DNA from: a virus
Lineage: Duplodnaviria > Caudoviricetes
Virus record (IMG/VR): IMGVR_UViG_3300021478_000035
Location: 1 to 54,715 of that record
Length of the DNA stretch: 54,715 nucleotides
Reading direction: 5' to 3' (one strand)
Part shown: in pieces, positions 51,633 to 54,715 of the stretch
Layout of the letters: every line of letters starts with the position of its first letter
How positions within the stretch are numbered: position 1 is the first letter of the stretch
The notes under the pieces: generated by a model
The model's database searches: none
The model's input: the letters and a program-made list of their open reading frames with translations, nothing else
Told to the model about the DNA's origin: nothing
Made by a program: the position numbers and the translations under genes

Positions 51633-52567
51633 TAGATTGTCTCCTCCAATTTGAGGGGGTCATGCTCGGAAAGTTGGCGCTTTAGCCAGGCTTCGGGGTC
51701 GGTCATGGACTCGTCGGCGACGTGAAGGCCTGGAAGGCAGAGGGTTTCGGCGACGTGGGTCCACATGGGGGCGATGAGGACTTCCATTTCGTGGCGTGTG
51801 AGGGCGCGGTTCAAGCGGAAGGGCCAGCCGCCACGGAAGTCGTGGTATTTCTCTTCTAGGCTGAAGAGGACTTGCCGGACGAAGGCTGGGTGGGTTAGGG
51901 CGTAGCATGCTGAGGAGAGGTCGAGGGGGCTGGTTTCGATCTTTGCGGCGACGCATACGCAATTGCTTTTATTTCGGCTGAGGGCTCCGTAGGAGCCCGA
52001 AGACGAATCGTCGGCGCTGCCGAAATCCATGGCCCACAGTTCTATTGGGCGGTGGGCTGAGAGGGCGCGGACCAATGCGAGGATGGCGGCTCCGCGGTTG
52101 CGGACTTGGGTTGCGGTGATGGCTGCGCTGATGCCGAGGTCGACCATTATGGCGAGGGGTGCGGAGTCGATCTGGGTTTTGACTCTTTGACGCATGTTGA
52201 GGGGTTGGCCTGAGATGAAGGCGGGGATGTTTGGGAATGCGCCGGTTACGTCATCGGTCCAGATGGCGCGGGTGGAAGGCATGGTTATGTGTTCTTCCAT
52301 ACATTCGAGAAGGGCGTCGCTTTGGGCCACGGCGGACTCGTCGCCGGTGAAGCAATATTTGATTGCGCCTTGGACGCCTAGATTGTTGTCCCAATGGTCG
52401 TAGGAGGGTTTGTTGGGTAAATTGGAGATGCGAGCTAACTCTCCTAGTTCGCTGAGGCTTTGGGCGATAATGTAATGGACTGACCGACCGGTCAGTCCTG
52501 GGATCGTTGATATGCCGCGGCCGTCGGCTGCTGGTGCAAGTGTGCGCGTGTGGCGGACTATGGTCAT
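51632..52567 (-). CDS. VWA-like partner of the AAA+ ATPase
   Basis: DVTGAFPNIPAFISGQP.NM, IMVD...SA, RGAA..ALV..L; directly downstream of a MoxR-like ATPase. Confidence 0.6.
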   Translation of the reverse strand: MTIVRHTRTLAPAADGRGISTIPGLTGRSVHYIIAQSLSELGELARISNLPNKPSYDHWDNNLGVQGAIKYCFTGDESAVAQSDALLECMEEHITMPSTRAIWTDDVTGAFPNIPAFISGQPLNMRQRVKTQIDSAPLAIMVDLGISAAITATQVRNRGAAILALVRALSAHRPIELWAMDFGSADDSSSGSYGALSRNKSNCVCVAAKIETSPLDLSSACYALTHPAFVRQVLFSLEEKYHDFRGGWPFRLNRALTRHEMEVLIAPMWTHVAETLCLPGLHVADESMTDPEAWLKRQLSEHDPLKLEETI

Positions 52568-52582
52568 TGGATACCTGCTTCC

Positions 52583-52604
52583 GCCAAAGCCGTTAGGCTT
52601 TGGC
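52583..52604. repeat. Hairpin, GTTA loop
   Basis: GCCAAAGCC-GTTA-GGCTTTGGC. Confidence 0.85.
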
Positions 52605-53782
52605 TAGGACAAAAGCTGACGCTTGTCTTGAGGGATGTTGGCGAGGTAGGTGAGTTGAGCGGCTTGGTCGGGGGTGAAGCCGGAGCGGATGAGGGCTGCG
52701 CCGGCGATGGTGTGGCGCGGATCGATGATGACTTTGAGGCCAGCCTTGTTTGCGGCAGCGCGGGCGGCTTGGACACGCTCGCACCATGAGGTGTTTCCGG
52801 ATATGGCACGCTCGAAGAGCGTGTCATATCCCCATTGTATTTTGACGGGGAAGCGGGAGAGGAATGCTGCGTCTATTTTGACGCGCCCGACGTAGTCTGC
52901 GGTTGCGCCTAGGCCCCAGGTGTTGGCGGTTGCGAGGATTATGCTGTCGGGGTGGCGGGGCATGAGGCGGTCGGCGAAGTCGCATTCGCCGTTGGCGAGG
53001 GCTGCGTTGAGGGCTAGGAGGGCGGAGTTTTCGGAGGAGTCGACGTCGTCGAATTGGTAGACTGCGGGGATTGTGTAACCGGAACGGAAGGGGGTTGTGT
53101 GGTAGGTGCCGGATGCGTCGCGGAAGCCGATGAGTTTGTGTTCCATGCTGACCGCGCCGTTGAAGAAGAAGGGGAGGTTGAGGGCTTGCGCGAGTTGGCG
53201 GCCGCCGGTTGTTTTGCCGGAGCCGGCGGGGCCTGCGATCCAGCAGTTGGGGTGGTAGCCGTCGGCTTGGCGTGATGCGGCGGCTCGGAGGAGGGTTTCG
53301 AATTGCGGGTGTTTGTGGCCGTCGGGGACTGTGTAAGATCCTTGAGGTGTGTGGACGGTGATGGAGACTTCGCGGGTGGAGTCTATGCGGTCGATGGCTG
53401 CGATGAGTTCGTCCTCGAGGTTGGAGATTTTGTGTTCGAGGGCGCTGATGGCGTTGGTGTGGGCAAGCTTTTCGTTTGAGAAAAGTTTGCCCACTTCGGT
53501 GCGGAGTTGGGATAGGCCGGTGATGGCTTGGATGTGGTTTGTGCCGATCTGGGCGATGGCGGCGTCGAGGCGAGATTGGAGCTTTAGGAGTTCGGGGCCA
53601 CCATTGGATGAGCCATCCTTCTCAGGAGAAGCGTCATCGCCGAATAGAAGCTCTTCTGCGGATGCAAGCGTTTTCGCTTGCGGCTGCAGGGGGTCGCGGC
53701 CGGTGCCGGCGCAGCGGAAACAAGAGCCGTTGAACTTGTGGCCGGTGCCATTGCAGCGGATACAGGGTTTGGAGTTGGCCAT
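52604..53782 (-). CDS. MoxR/CbbQ/CobS-like AAA+ ATPase with N-terminal CxxCxGxG zinc finger
   Basis: GPAGSGKTT, FDDVD, LNAALANG, ATANTWG.G...YVGR..IDAAFLSRF. Confidence 0.88.
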   Translation of the reverse strand: MANSKPCIRCNGTGHKFNGSCFRCAGTGRDPLQPQAKTLASAEELLFGDDASPEKDGSSNGGPELLKLQSRLDAAIAQIGTNHIQAITGLSQLRTEVGKLFSNEKLAHTNAISALEHKISNLEDELIAAIDRIDSTREVSITVHTPQGSYTVPDGHKHPQFETLLRAAASRQADGYHPNCWIAGPAGSGKTTGGRQLAQALNLPFFFNGAVSMEHKLIGFRDASGTYHTTPFRSGYTIPAVYQFDDVDSSENSALLALNAALANGECDFADRLMPRHPDSIILATANTWGLGATADYVGRVKIDAAFLSRFPVKIQWGYDTLFERAISGNTSWCERVQAARAAANKAGLKVIIDPRHTIAGAALIRSGFTPDQAAQLTYLANIPQDKRQLLS

Positions 53783-54285
53783 TAAATGAGATCCTCTATG
53801 CGCTGTTTGACGCGGCGGGTGACGTTTGAGTGGGGAGTTGTGCGTTTAAGTAGAGCGGCCTCTTGAGCGCGGAGTTGTGCGCCGGATAGGTTGGGTTTGT
53901 AGACTTTTGCGGACACGTCGGCCGAAGGCCGACTGGCCGCGGCCGCGATGTGGCGGACTTGGACGGTGCCAGTTGAGTGGGCTCGGACGGCGCGAAATAG
54001 GTCATCGGAGCGAACTGTCTTTCTGCCTGAGCTTGAGAGGACTCGGCCCTCCATTTTGCAACATGGGCAATTTGGGGCGATGGCAGTGGTTGATTGGTGG
54101 TCGCGGAGGTGCTCGCATATGCGAGCATGATTGATGCCTGATCGGATGTGGAGAAATGTATTGGTAATTATTGAGCCTTCACGCCCAACGGTTAGGGTGA
54201 AGGCCTGACTGTTGAAGTGAAGGATCAAGCCATGGGGGCCGTCGGTTATTTGGAGGGAGTCGGATAAGAGGAGTTGGATGGGCAT
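53782..54285 (-). CDS. Hypothetical protein ending IEDLI (first early gene)
   Basis: AGGAG RBS; C.H...CPCC. Confidence 0.6.
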   Translation of the reverse strand: MPIQLLLSDSLQITDGPHGLILHFNSQAFTLTVGREGSIITNTFLHIRSGINHARICEHLRDHQSTTAIAPNCPCCKMEGRVLSSSGRKTVRSDDLFRAVRAHSTGTVQVRHIAAAASRPSADVSAKVYKPNLSGAQLRAQEAALLKRTTPHSNVTRRVKQRIEDLI

Positions 54286-54317
54286 ATGGGCTCCTGAAGG
54301 TGATTATGGACTTGGGA

Positions 54318-54349
54318 CAAGCCAGTTGCCCGTTAGGGCAACTGGCTTG
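54318..54349. repeat. Hairpin, GTTA loop, upstream of the first early gene
   Basis: CAAGCCAGTTGCCC-GTTA-GGGCAACTGGCTTG. Confidence 0.9.
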
Positions 54350-54596
54350 ATCCAAGGCCATGGAACTCTACAAGCTAACATGGGATTGGGGCGGAAGTGT
54401 GGCAAGGTCATGGGTCCGGGCATATGAAATATGGATGAGGGTATGCTTTTGTGATATGGGAAAAAGGTTAGGGATATCAATGGGTTATGGGAGTGCCATG
54501 TTATAATGTTGCGTCATATGGCATGGCCGAATGGTATGGACATCTGCGCTATAGGGGCACTTCGGGGGGGGGGCGAACTGGTGGAGGGGGTTAGTA

Positions 54597-54683
<87 letters not shown>

Positions 54684-54715
54684 CTTTTTTGTCTTTCTTT
54701 GTCTGTTTGGCGTTT

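Noticed and set aside
345-54349. Calling the hairpins rho-independent terminators
   Set aside because: Most have no U-tract, many are inside coupled genes, orientation ignores transcription, and none lies at the convergence point; a few may still terminate
345-54349. CRISPR array, REP/BIME or MITE family
   Set aside because: No regularly spaced identical repeats, no common arm sequence, and no transposase or RAYT motifs seen
54370-54510. Early promoter calls (minus TTGCCA-17-CATGTT; plus TGnTATAAT at 54499-54507)
   Set aside because: The first has a weak -10 and the second points off the contig end; not supportable without transcript data

Overview
The window is most of a dsDNA tailed-phage genome with a P22-like podovirus virion module. 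The likely host is an alphaproteobacterium (inferred from a PEPxxWA-CTERM protein and Rhizobiales-like small genes). The + strand (1-31870) carries lysis, packaging, head, tail and ejection genes: M15 endolysin, PBSX-type TerL, P22-like portal, coat and gp10, an SLT protein and an ART-PolyVal-like protein. The - strand (31871-54285) carries replication, recombination and early genes: a DUF3987-like helicase, a family A polymerase split into UDG+exonuclease and polymerase genes, a ParB-methyltransferase fusion, SSB, AAA_24, a PD-(D/E)XK nuclease, a MoxR-like AAA+/VWA-like pair and many small ORFs. The strongest unexplained signal is about 70 (counted by eye) near-perfect hairpins spread through the genome. 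Their arms are mostly unique and derived from local sequence. Their loops come from a small set matching extra-stable DNA mini-hairpins (C-GNA-G, C-GNNA-G, C-AAA-G, tandem GA/GA, G-CTTGY-C). They occur in both orientations, at gene junctions and in frame inside genes. Also notable: a phage-borne PEP-CTERM surface protein with its own promoter, a secreted glycoside-hydrolase-like protein, an Acb2/Tad1-like gene, a His762 polymerase and a peptide motif shared by unrelated proteins. All family calls come from recognising motifs by eye; no searches were run. The left end starts mid-gene and the right end is a poly-T tract, so the genome is probably incomplete.
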